From: Nymphaea colorata
Taxonomy: Eukaryota
Assembly (NCBI RefSeq): GCF_008831285.2
Contig: NC_045138.2
Coordinates: 24,614,001-24,678,000 of the forward strand
Reading direction: 5' to 3'
Length of the DNA: 64,000 nt
Part shown: positions 14,095 through 25,866 of the stretch, piece by piece
Position numbering within the stretch: the first letter of the stretch is position 1
Layout of the letters: the number at the start of each line of letters is the position of its first letter
Position numbers and translations under genes: made by a program
Notes under the pieces: model-generated
Told to the model about the DNA's origin: nothing
Seen by the model: only the letters and a program-made list of their open reading frames with translations
Database searches by the model: none

Positions 14095-14780
14095 GATGAA
14101 GAAGGTGATAGAGACAGCGAAAGAGATTTGGGTGTCTGGGATGAAGCGCGTGCATCTTGAGGATCAAGCATATGATATCTTTTTGGGCATATATGAAAAC
14201 GTATTGCATCATACTCCATCGCCCACTGCGCAAACATCAACCCTGAAACACACAAATCTGCTTTATTTACTTACAATTACTATAAGCCCACACAGAACTT
14301 TTGTGTAGTTTCCAAATTGCTTTTTTTGCTTATTATTTTACGGGCCAATTTTCATGAATTTTTCGATTAAAGAATACGCTTTTCATGAAGACTATCACGT
14401 ACTACGTTAAAGAGAGGCGTGGATTACTGGTTAAGCTGCTATAATATAAGCGTCCGCATCTGGCCAGCCCGCTCGGACTCGGTCGGGTACCATGTACCCA
14501 ACGACAGACTGGTCCAGTGCCCAAACTTACTATATATATATATATATATATCATCGTTAAAAAAAATGTCGTTGCTGCAAATCATAGGCAACATGGCAAA
14601 TATACCATTAATCATTGGCAAGTTAGGGTTTGTAAAAAATGATTTTAGGCATATCATAATTCAATGAATTAGGAGCAAGCAAAAAGACATATCTTTTATT
14701 TTCCTTTTATGGATGTTATATTTTAGGGTGGTGAAGTGTGGTACCTAACAAGGAAGGATGCACCCCAAGGGTTGAAATCA

Positions 14781-14940
14781 AAATCAAGCACGTGAGACCG
14801 GGATCAGCGCCGGTCCCATTTTGGTTGGTACACGGTTTGGTTTCAAGACAGAAGAGTTTGAGGTCGAAATCAAGCACGTGAGGCCGGGATCAGCCCCGAT
14901 CCCAGTTTGGTGCACGTTTCAAGACTGGAGAGTTTGAGGA
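14781..14940. promoter_or_regulatory. Tandem duplication of about 87 bp carrying two G-boxes (CACGTG) upstream of the NAC gene
   Basis: aaatcaagCACGTGag occurs twice (about 14789 and 14875) within duplicated units. Confidence 0.4.
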
Positions 14941-16251
14941 GACATGTCCCTGAATGGGCCAAAATTACAGACCATATGGTCTTAATGTGGACAAAACATG
15001 TGTAGAAATTCAGAGCTTCTACGAAACTCCAGCCATACGAATTCACATATTATGTCTGCTCGGTCCATGATTAATGACATCAGACGCAACCCAATGGTAG
15101 GTGCGCCCATGCATGCATCGAGATCGATTGGCTGCTTTCTTTAGGCTGTTGCTATAGAGGCAGTATTTTAAAAGCATCCATATTACCTGGTCGGCGGCTT
15201 TTTTCCTTGAAAATACAGCTTCCCAAAGCAAAATGCGACTTTCCACTACTTGAGAAGACTGATCATGATTTATTCAACTGCATAGATAGACTCTCGTAAT
15301 GAAATCCGATTGAGGTCACGCAACACGATATTATGTTCAAACTAAGATATTGCTGTTCAATGTGATATGTAGCTAAGGCTGATTGCGAACTTTTTTAACT
15401 CTCATGATCATATCTTTCATCTGAAACTCATACCCTTGAACATGTAAATTCAACCTTCGGAGTGGGCTTCAGGCCAATGTTCCCAGAAATGCTTGGCCAC
15501 CCAAATGGCTAGAAAAATTGATGACGATGATGTAATGAGAACAATGACATATTATCTGCTTGAAAATTTGTGGCTGATTCAAAAAGTTTTAAAAAATTAT
15601 ATTTCTATTGTTGTCAAAATTATGAAAGTATAGTTTGAACCTCTTAATAAAAAATTTCTAGCGCCTCCCATGTTTACAAGAAGAGATGAAATCCACCCAT
15701 TTACAAGAAAGAGATGGCGTTCACCACCATCTAAGCAATCTGTGCCACTGATTGTGCCTTTGGATTGCCAAAAGTGACATGGCCTTCCGCTTGTCTATAC
15801 TGCATGTCCTGTGGGTAACTCAGCAGCTCCAACAAGAGTGGGAGAAAAGTAGTTCAGTCCCTAAGTTGGTTGGGCAGCCCAGCTGACTGAGAGATTTTGG
15901 GGAGGGGCGAGGACGGTGGTGGGGGACAAGGCCCACCATAGCGCAGTGCTTTTCAAATTCATGCGGACATTGGATTGCCTAGTCGGACAATGATTTAGGG
16001 TTTGTCGTATTGCGGATTTAAAATGGTCCAAGTTCTTAATTGTGGAGGTAGTTTGCTTGTAAGATAGAGATAGACTCATTCATCTCTTTCAGTCGCGGCT
16101 GGCAATCTCATCCCATCTCGACTTTCCCAGGATGAACTCCCTATTCATTTTGTAGATTGTCTTCTGAATCCGATGCCCCTAAGGATCGCTCCTCTTCTTT
16201 GTTGATTTTCTATGTTTTGTCCAGCAGTTTCTGTCGTTTCTTCCTTGGTTT

Positions 16252-16253
<2 letters not shown>

Positions 16254-16331
<78 letters not shown>
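16254..16331. repeat. Compound (AT)n(GA)n microsatellite
   Basis: Directly visible. Confidence 0.95.
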
Positions 16332-16335
<4 letters not shown>

Positions 16336-17186
16336 CAGACAGAGTTCTTTAGATCCTCACTATTATGAGCATCCGACTCGCATCGACTGGATAGGACAGT
16401 TCTTTAGAATCACCCATGTAATATTGTCCAAAAGCATTCTGGTTGAACCTTCCATCAACGTCATCACAGTCATCTCCCGCAACTTTATCCCAATTGCGCA
16501 CATGGTGGCCTATTCTTTTGTTTCTTTTCTATTTGGGCCGTATCTTCGCTCACTTTAAAATCCTTCAACAACTTTATTTTATGAGATGCATGAAAATATT
16601 TGAAACAATTTTCTCCATGTTTCTTTCTCTTGTCGTCCTTTTTTTTTTTTTTTTTGTCACTTACCAATTGACGGTTATAATTTAATATCCAGTCATACTA
16701 ACATTATTTTATTTTTTCTTTCAAAAAGAAATCTCATGAATAAATTTTGTCTTACATTGGCAGTTCCAATTCAAAAATGATAATTCGAATAAACTCGGCC
16801 ACTTCTTTGTGTTCTTTTAGAAACACGATTTGGTTAGAGAAATTGATTAACAACCCAGCACATGTTACTCACGTCTGTCCATATATTACAAAATTATATC
16901 AATGCGAGCCCATCTCAATCAGTATCCAGTCTGGATACTACAATAAATAAATTATCAATTTTCACTTGGACTCTTGCACTTTGTTTCATTTATCAGGAAA
17001 ACACATGCATCTTCCGTTTCAAAAAAATGGACGTCCAATTGAAACCAAAGCTGGCAATGATTTTCTACCTGGATGTAACATTAATGAGAACATGTTCAAG
17101 TGGGTAATCTGAGAACGTCGTCAACTTGATCATACATACTTAAACAGATCCTTACTTAGATGAGATTAACAAGATTGAATCACGAT

Positions 17187-17358
17187 CAGGGCGGATGCAG
17201 GTGTGGGTAACCTGTGGGCAATCGTCCACACAAAAAATACTTTTTTTTCTTATGTTGACATACTACAACAATTTTTCTTATTTACATGTTGATATTGTTT
17301 AGAAATTTAAAATTTATTGCTCATATCTTTTAGCCAAAAATTTCTAGCCCTATCCCTG
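17187..17358. mobile_element. Short hAT-like MITE
   Basis: CAGGG...CCCTG termini with 8-bp TSD ATCACGAT/ATCAGGAT. Confidence 0.65.
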
Positions 17359-18693
17359 ATCAGGATCCAATTGACTTGAAACGAGGCATACCCATGTAAA
17401 TAAGTTCCGATTTTCTTCATATTTCAATTCATCAGCTTAAATCTGAACCGCTTCAAACTCTCAAGTCTGAAGCATGTAGTCAGGTTGACCTTCTCAAATT
17501 TAATTTTTGCTTTAATTTTGATTTTGCCCTTTTGTATTTTTTCTTCCACATAAACTCCATAATTTTTCGTCCTTTTTTCTTTAATTTTGAAAACTTTTGT
17601 GGGTTATTATTTATCTATACATTTATACTTCCTTGTAGTCGTACCCCATATCCATAATTTTTAAAATTAATGTACCCGAACCCACATCAGCGTAGTCAAC
17701 AACTTAATTAGTTGGTCCTTTACAAAATATCACATGTGAAATCATTATTTAAAAAAGTAAACAAAAATCTGTATTTTGAATTTTTGAAAATAACTGAAAT
17801 ATATATCATAGTACTAATAAACAGTGTCGCACATAGAAACACAGACACTCACATACACGTATATACATAGTGATGTGAGTAACACGAACACTGACAATGC
17901 ACACACACAAAAGGAACTTGGCAAGTATTCAAGCCTAAAATTAGAGTTTTAGAGTGAAAAGCATGAGAGTGGGGGGTTTGTTACCTAGCAGATTGAGGGT
18001 CACACACCAATTACACTGACGTTGCTGCACACGATTAAATGATCCCAACGTACAATGGAACAATGTATTATTCTCATTATTGGAACTAACTGTTGTTGCA
18101 ATTACTACTCCTTCGCTTTGCGTAGTCCTTGGAAGGAGCATCATAACGTGATTTTGGCAGAAAACTACAGGAAGCGAGCGTAAATTTATTAACGATGGAA
18201 GGGGGAAATTGCACCTCATAAATGAGGTCCCCATATATACAACTCTTGGGAATGAAACTGCAACATGAACATATATGCTGCTCTAAGAAAGCAGAGCATC
18301 TCTCGAGACATTACCTGTCATTAGGATATAACGACTGAGGACACATGTCAAGTTGTTCTTGCAGTCAGGCAATATGAGCAACATTATAGCATGCAATCAG
18401 ATGGAAGACCATGTAGTCAAGACAGTGAAAGTCTTGATAAAACTCCATGCTTCGAATATATCGTTTAGACAGTGACACGTCCAGTATGGTTTTTCCACAA
18501 CACGTTTCAAAATCCCAGCACATGCATGGCTCATGTTTGGACTAGGACGAAGGCACTAGCAAAGCAAGGGGCACTAATTCAGTAACTTTAATGGTTTTAG
18601 GGACATTTATATAATATAAACAATTAAACATATCACATCATTGACATGAATCAACGTGACTCATGTAAATAATGTTCCCTCCATGACTAGAGA

Positions 18694-18696
<3 letters not shown>

Positions 18697-18773
<77 letters not shown>

Positions 18774-18798
18774 AGAGAGAGAGAGAGAGAGAGAGAGA
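18697..18798. repeat. Compound (TA)n(GA)n microsatellite
   Basis: Directly visible. Confidence 0.95.
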
Positions 18799-19188
18799 AG
18801 AGAGACATCCAGCCATCTAAATAAAGATATCTATTTAAAATAGATGGATGGCCATCTAAATAAAGATCCCGGCAAGAGAAGGTAAATAAGTTTTGTTAGG
18901 ATAATCAGAATTCCCTTAAGGTTAAGCATTGACTGTAAGACCAAGGTTAAGAATAGACCGCAGGAGCAACACCAAAGAAAGCACGAGTTTGGTCTGTCTG
19001 TGTGGTCTGGGTCCATCCAAAAGGGAGTGCGATTTGCTAAGTATATGGTAGAAGGTAATCCAGCCCACACGAAAGTGTTTGCAGGTACTAAAAAGGTACT
19101 AATAAACTTGGGAATTCTTTTTGCTTTTATTCCAAACAAGATGATTATCTGTAGGTCTATTACCTACAAATTTCTATTATATAACGCT

Positions 19189-20930
19189 ATTTTGGATGTG
19201 TCTGCAATTAGATCCTAAAGAAAATAGAGATATGCAGAAGCCAAATTTTGGATATTTCACAATTGGTTTGATAAAAAAGAACCGATCGTACCTTGTTCGG
19301 TTCGATCAAGCTCCTTGAAAAACAATTGCTCATTACAAGAGCTTATGCCACAAGGATACTTGGGTTTGACACTTGAATTAAATTTTCCTTTTCTGAATGC
19401 ATTGGTTGTCTTTGAATAAAGATATTTTGGCAATGGCTAGAGCATATTTTGAGCGCAATAACTTTTATGAAACTTATTGGAAGAAAAATAATTGAATTTT
19501 GAAACTTCATCTATCATCGATGTCCGATCACGACACACTATCAGCACACTGCACCAAAAAACTTCTCGTTTGGTTTCATTGGCCATATTTGTAATTAGCC
19601 AGACATTATTCATTCTGCTTCACGCCATTGAAACATGATGCACCAAATTGTCTTCGTGGAAAGACTAATATATAAAGGCAGCCCAACAAATTCCTTAAAA
19701 ATATTATACGTAGTTTGTCTCGTTCATATTTAACTCTATTTTGGAACACTCAAGCACCCAGCTTACCCCAATAGCATACATATCAAAACAAGGCCTGCAA
19801 CACATATTTGTTTATTTTCCATAATTTTCTAGATTTGGATATTTCTTGGAGAAAGTGATAATTATTGATGTTATTTTTAACATAATCTTATGCATAACAC
19901 AGCTAAACCATGCTTAAATTTCAACTCCAGTCCTTCTTTTTTTTTTTAATGACCAAGTTGAGTTAACAATAACCTTTGGAGACCTCTCATACCCACATCT
20001 TTTATGTAAGATCTTAAATATGTTATTAGACTTTTAAAAGTTATGTATGGACAGAAAAGATTTATATTATCTACAAGATTTTTGTTTGGATATATATGGA
20101 CAAAAAAGATTAATTTGGTTAAGGGAAATCCAAAATTAAAATATGAATGAAAGGAAAACAAATCATGGGGGGTTAAAATGTCACACATGAAATCAAAATT
20201 GATTTGCATCAGTTATGGAAGGATATACACGCCCCATGAAAGCAACCAAAAAGAAGATTGTTTCACCTTTTATTTCTAAGTATAAATAGGTGCTCATGGC
20301 ATGGTAAAGGCTATAAGAATCATAGAAGCACAACGAGTGGACTCGTAGAAAGTAGAACACCAAACATTAGTTCCATTCTCGTAGACGTCAACCTCTTGAG
20401 TCCTGAGTAAAGGCAAAAACAAGCATAGGCTCTAGGAGTGAAAGGCGGGTTCGTCGGTGGAAGGGTGGTTAGCCTCTTGTATTCAGGACTCGGGCTGCCC
20501 CTGTTGGAGCTTTGAACTTTTTCTTTCCCGTTGCATATGTGTGATTCTGGTCCCGGATTGGTCAAATATTGGAACGTTTGGTAACTTGAATTTGATCACT
20601 AAGTAAATGTTTTTGGGTGAGCAAGAGTAATATTTTGTTTCCAATGAAGGCTGAACCGTTACTTTTCCTTGCCCCCTACCGTTTAAGGCCGTCACTATAA
20701 TTAGTGTAGACCTAACGTAGATAAACTATTATTGACACGAAATACAATGTCTATTGGAATCAAACTGACAATGTAGAGTTTCACCAGCACCAGGTTGACC
20801 AGCTATACCATGTCGAGATAGTTGCTTGAACCGAAGGTGTGGACCTAAGATCGAAAATGTACAGGAAACTCTAAGTAGGTTACCTGCTCCAGCCCAAACA
20901 CTGCACAATGTGCTATTTCCTAAGGGAGTC
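19189..20930 (+). repeat. Left arm of a long-range inverted duplication
   Basis: Reverse complement of about 37405-39685; mirrored ORFs MQINFDFMCDILT (minus) and MQIYFDFMCDILT (plus). Confidence 0.9.
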
Positions 20931-21786
20931 TTTTTTAAGAAGGAAAGAGGCCCTCCAATAGTGGGGTACTCTTTTCCAAAAATGGGAGTGCTCTTTTTCC
21001 AATATTGGCAAAAGAGGCAGGTTAAGCAATTTGAAATGAATGAGGTAGGGAAGAAACTTGAAATGAAAGCAACTCTGTCTACCAATTTGGTACCAAGTGA
21101 GGGTGCAATAAATTGAGGTAGACTTTGTTAAAGCCTACATACAGACAAATTTTTTCCTGAAGAAAAAAAAAAGAGTCGAAGTTTTCGAAATAATGCAACA
21201 TCTTTTTCAAGAAAATAAATTGCAATTGCGTGTTTCTCTTTTGCACATGTAATTAACTGCTTCAATTATATATACCTTGAGATGGAGAGAGAAAGAATGT
21301 CTAAGAATTAAGAATAATTTGTTGTACTTGTCTTAAGATAGCAAACGTTCCATGAGCACTATTAGCTACTGTAGGCACATGTCGAAAGACCTTACAAAAT
21401 GTATGTCACTTCATGGAAAAAGTTCTGAGAAGGACATTTTTTTTCATAACTCATTAAACCTTTAGACCTTCTTCTACTACATCTAAACTTGGTTTTATCA
21501 TGAAAGTAGGACCGTATGTTTATACACAAAAGAAATAGATAGTTTTGTAAAATTAATTGGAGTGAAGAATTAATTGGAAAAGACCAAGCCAGGCCAAGCT
21601 TTTAGTCTACTTGGTTGATCCTTCAAGTAAAATCAACACACCTGATTGTAACCAGAAATAAGGTATCAGCTATTGAAGGAAGACAGACAATCTCACAAAA
21701 ACACAAGTTAACGTGGTTCGGCTAATTACTGTCTACATTCACAGGAAAACAAACTTTTCTTTTTCATTCTTCGGTGGTTCACCTTA

Positions 21787-22232
21787 TGGCCTGTTTGGTT
21801 GGAGGGAAAGGGAAGGAAAGGGAGGGATTGATCAATCCCTTCTTTGTTTGGTTGGCTAACTAAAGAGGAGGGAAAGGGGCAAAGTGTGTTTGGTTGGGAG
21901 GGGAGGGAAATGGAAGGGAGGGAAAGGAAATGATTGTGTAGTGTAAATGCAATCCCTCCCAAATCGGATGGATTGGGAAGGAAAGGAAAGGGAGAGAGGA
22001 GCAAAGTGTTGACTGCCCACAATACCCCTTCCTTCACGTTCTTAATTTTTTAAACATTTTGACTGTTAGGGGTATTATTGTAAACTATTAACCTTTCCTT
22101 TCCTTTCCTTTCTTTTGTATCCAAACAAGCTTTTTATTCACTCTTTCCTTTTCATTCCATTACATTCCTTTCCCTTCCCTTTCTCTTCCCTTCCTTTCCC
22201 TCCCTTCCTTTCTCTCCCTTTCCCTGCTACCA
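21787..22232. mobile_element. Tourist-like MITE with GGGAA/TTCCC-rich arms, right end degenerate
   Basis: TTA followed by TGGCCTGTTTGGTT; repeated TGTTTGGTTGG; purine-rich left half and pyrimidine-rich right half; CCAAACAAGC at 22121. Confidence 0.55.
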
Positions 22233-22851
22233 ATTGAGAACAATAAAAGAAGGGAAACAATAAAAGAAAAAACTTGTACACAAAAGGAAAGTTATCCTCA
22301 CGCTACAAACTAGCCGTTGCCTCAACATAAGGAACCTAGTGACTTGGCCAGCCCACATCTGCCTCTGCTTTCTGAAGGTAAATGATGCGGGAGAAAAAAT
22401 GAAGTTAATCTTTTCGAGCAGTAAAGAAAGGCAGCACACATGCACACTCCAAGATGGATGCATCATTTTTGCGAGGAGAGTTTTATGAAGCAGTAAAGAA
22501 ACCGTGGCTGCTCTTAAAGCCGCTTCAGTCTGCCCCACGATGCGGCACTCGTTTTGTTTCACAAAGTTTCCGATCCTTCTGCCGAGAAAATGGCTACTCT
22601 TTGGTAGTATGACAAAAACAAAAGGAAAAAAATATATATATGTGGAACTCAGCATTAGTAAATTGATAACTTCTTGCTCATGTCATTTTCCATTGGAAAG
22701 CAATTTTCTTTTGACATCAAAACCCAAACTTATTGACTACTTTACGGGTGGGCCTGTTTTAATTTCATAAGGATGTGTGAAACAAAGGAAGCATATGGGG
22801 CGCCAGATGAGTGGTTGCGTGCACATAATTTACGTACAGGTAGATAAAAAT

Positions 22852-23590
22852 AATTTTTTGGATCATAGTTTATGTTATTTTTTGGATTATAGTTTATGTT
22901 ATTTTTACTCGTATAACGTATGATTATTGGGGTGGGTTATTAATGGCAGATTCTGATATTATGACAGTTATTATGATATATGTAGAAGATCTTGTAATTT
23001 GATTATCTTGCAAGCTTTTACCTTTCTGTCAAAGTAACCGGTGAAGCGTTATCGTCTAAATAATTGGAAACAAACCCAAAATTCATTCATATAGTTGAAT
23101 TGGTTTGGGCGTTTTGATTCATTTGAAAATTCAAAATTGCACCTTCTTCTTTTGCTTTAGGAAAGTTTCCAAATTTGCAAAAATAAAAAGATTGTGCTTC
23201 TTTTTTAGGGGAAACTAATTAACCAACATATTTTGCAAGTTCTTGATATTTATTTCGTAAAGATCAGAATCAGTCAAGTGAATTCTTTGATGTGCAAGTT
23301 GAAATACTTCGCTATGGTGAATACCGAGAGTTTCTAAGGATCTTCGATTCGGGACCAAACCAGTTCAACGATATGAATTAATTTTGTGTTTGTTTCCAAT
23401 TATTTAGACAATAACGCTTCACAGGTCACTTTGACAGAAAGGGAAAAACTTGCAAGATAATCAAATCACAAGATCTTCCACATGTAACATAATAAGCGTA
23501 AAAATATCATAATATACCATTAATAACCCACCCCAATAATCATACGTTATATGAGTAAATATAACATAAACTATGATCCAAAAAATGATT
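22852..23590. repeat. Fold-back element: about 250-bp inverted arms around an about 250-bp spacer (MULE-type MITE candidate)
   Basis: About 22852-23107 is the reverse complement of about 23356-23590 (e.g. gattattggggtgggttattaatgg versus ccattaataacccaccccaataatc). Confidence 0.8.
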
Positions 23591-23664
23591 AAACTATGCA
23601 CATAAATTATCTGTGTTAGATTCTTGACAATATTGGATCGGTCGTGCCCGAATGTGTATCAGGT

Positions 23665-23829
23665 AGGACGCATGGGTCATATTTGTAGAGGTTGATGTCT
23701 GCGATTGTGTTGCGGGTGAAAAGCCATGTCCAGAGTCTTGGGGAGGAGATAATAGAGAAGCAGCTCCTCATCAGAGGGGTGGAACCTGAACCCCGCCGAC
23801 AGATATATCTGCTCTACTACTCCTTCCAT
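23665..23829 (-). pseudogene. NAC exon 1 remnant (divergent subtype)
   Basis: MEGVVEQIYLSAGFRFHPSDEELLLYYLLPKTLDMAF then a frameshift. A (CT)n leader and TATAAAA at 23929-23923 lie upstream; no exon 2 follows. Confidence 0.8.
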
Positions 23830-24206
23830 GGTTATGTGTGTGTATATGTGCTTATTGTGGTCGTGAGAGAGAGAGAGAGAGAGAGAGGTTGTGGCTGGGG
23901 AGATAAAGTGTGTCATACTCCCTTTTATAGACAACAACATAGTTTTGGCCTTCCGGCTAAGAGGCCTAGAAAGGAAAGCAGTGTCTACCTAACTCTGATC
24001 TTCACGTTTGCCTGCACGCACGGTTGGGAACAAGGGGCATTCAGATGGTGGGTAAAGGTTCCTTGGTCGCAAAGTCTTCCCCTGTTCTAAACATCTTCAG
24101 ATTTTCTGCATGTGTACATAGAAGATTTTCATTGTGAACAGTGTTTGTTAATTGATCATTCCAATTGGCACTGTTCTTTGCTTCTGATTCTGCTTGTGAT
24201 TAGTAG

Positions 24207-24756
24207 GTGTGTCTCTTGTTCTTCTGCACTGGCTTGTGGCGCTTCTACCCTCTCTTCCAGGCGATCTTCACATTCCCAGATGAGCGAAGGATGCTGATGA
24301 AAGAGCGAGCTTCAGGCATGTACCGCCTCTCATCCTACTTCATGGTCTACATCACGGTGGATCTTCCAATGGAATTGCTTCTACCCACCATCTTCATGAC
24401 CATGACGTACTGGATGGGAGGTCTCTACCCTTCTGCATTCCGATTCCCTTTTCAGCATCTTCTTCTCCGTCCTCGTTGTCGACGGCCTAGGGCTAATGCT
24501 CGGGGCAGTGCTCATTGACGTTAAGACTGTGTCCACTCTCGCTTCCGTCATCATGCTCACGATCATGTTGGCAGCAGGGTTTTATGTTCAGCGGGTTCCT
24601 GCTTTCATCTCATGGATCAAGTACATCTCCGTGATCCATTACACCTACAAACTTCTTCTGGGCGCACAATATTCCCCACACCAAACTTAGGAGTGCAGCC
24701 TTGGAGCTGCTTGTTGAGTTGCAGAGTTTCTCATGACAAGGCGTTGGGCTTGGATT
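24207..24756 (+). pseudogene. Half-size ABCG transporter terminal exon fragment (ABCG9/14/21-like)
   Basis: After acceptor tag: [30 protein letters not shown]...[12 protein letters not shown]...[18 protein letters not shown]...LAAGFYVQRVPAFISWIKYIS...YKLLLGAQY. Contains a frameshift and a premature TAG at 24688; no upstream exons. Confidence 0.85.
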
Positions 24757-25126
24757 TCCTAGTGATCAATCGGCAACCTGAGTCCCTTACCAACAACTGC
24801 CTCTTCTTCTCTCTTTTTGCACCTGCTTAACTGGTTGAACGAGTCGTGTCTAGTTCTAGGCTTGCACCCACTTCTGGCTCATCTTGGTGCCTTGCCGATT
24901 CATCAAGGCCAAGTAAGCTACAAAACGGTAACCGACGAGCCCCAGGCCCAGCACACCGGCAGTGACAGCCAGGCGATCCAAGCCTACCGCCTTGATCATG
25001 GGGAAGTCTGCAACTCGACAAGCAACTCCAGGACTGCAATCATAGGTCTGGTGTGCGGAGTATTTGTTGGAACTTTGATGTTCCACCTAGGATCTCTCAA
25101 CGGCCAAGCTTGTAGGAGGCGCAGGC

Positions 25127-25814
25127 TGTTATAGTCGTGTCCCCCAACAAGAATGCTTCAACAACAATAAAATAGGGCAAACCACCACAAAACTGCTGAA
25201 AAACGGAATTACAGGGCAGCGTGCATAAGATCGAGATTCCAACACCAATGTTGCAGCAATATATATCAAAATATATGCTAGAGATGCAAGAAAAAGGAGA
25301 CACCAATTTACGTGGAAAAACCCCCAATAATGGGGTAAAAAACCACGGGCAAGAGAGACTTTCTATATATCAAGAAAAGGAGCCAAATACACGAGCAACA
25401 ATATCCCTACTGTTTTAAGAAAAACAGTGAACTCAAGAGAGCAATAACAATCTCTTATACGAATGAAAGAAAGAGCCCCAAAGATTCAAGAAAGAAATCA
25501 CCCAATGAAGACTCCCTTCATTTTCTCTTTCTTCTTTGTCTTTCCTCTTTCTTCTTGGCGTGCCAATCGACCCACGCACCTTGCTGCGATTTCTCCTTCT
25601 TCTCCTCCTTGCCTTTCTCTTCTTCCTCTCCTCTTGATGTGAGCAGCCACAAGAGGAAACCCTCTTCTTTTTCCCCAAATGAAAAACGAGAGAGAGAGAT
25701 GTGTGAGGCGTCGTGAGAGGGAGGGGCACCATCGGGTGCCTTCTCCTTCACCCGCCCGTCACTTAAGTGACGGGCCGGGTCGGGTCCTCTTTTGAGGCTG
25801 GACCCGACCCAACA
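25127..25814 (-). repeat. 3' LTR of the copia element
   Basis: Direct repeat of 29967-30654 (offset 4840); begins TGTT, ends AACA. Confidence 0.97.
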
Positions 25815-25866
25815 AACTCCCCCCCCAGCCTCAAGAGAGGGATCATACCTGCAAAATGAACAAAAA

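Larger units (their letters stand above)
1..15140 (+). repeat. Segmental duplication copy A (paralogous to about 40169-56270)
   Basis: Collinear similarity: 1-8390 with 40169-46177, and about 8395-15140 with about 50170-56270; shared short ORF translations in the track. Confidence 0.9.

Noticed and set aside
15670..15720. Twice-repeated TTTACAAGAA(G/A) reading like NAC IYKKR
   Set aside because: No preceding WVLCR motif or splice acceptor; probably chance.
21640..21745. LTR-like words (AACGTGGTTCGGC...CTACATTCAC) left of the MITE
   Set aside because: No definable termini or TSD; too degraded to call.
25221..25751. ORFs inside the LTRs, including a Lys/Arg-rich 99-aa ORF, duplicated at 30061-30591
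   Set aside because: By-products of low-complexity LTR sequence; the duplication simply reflects the LTR pair.
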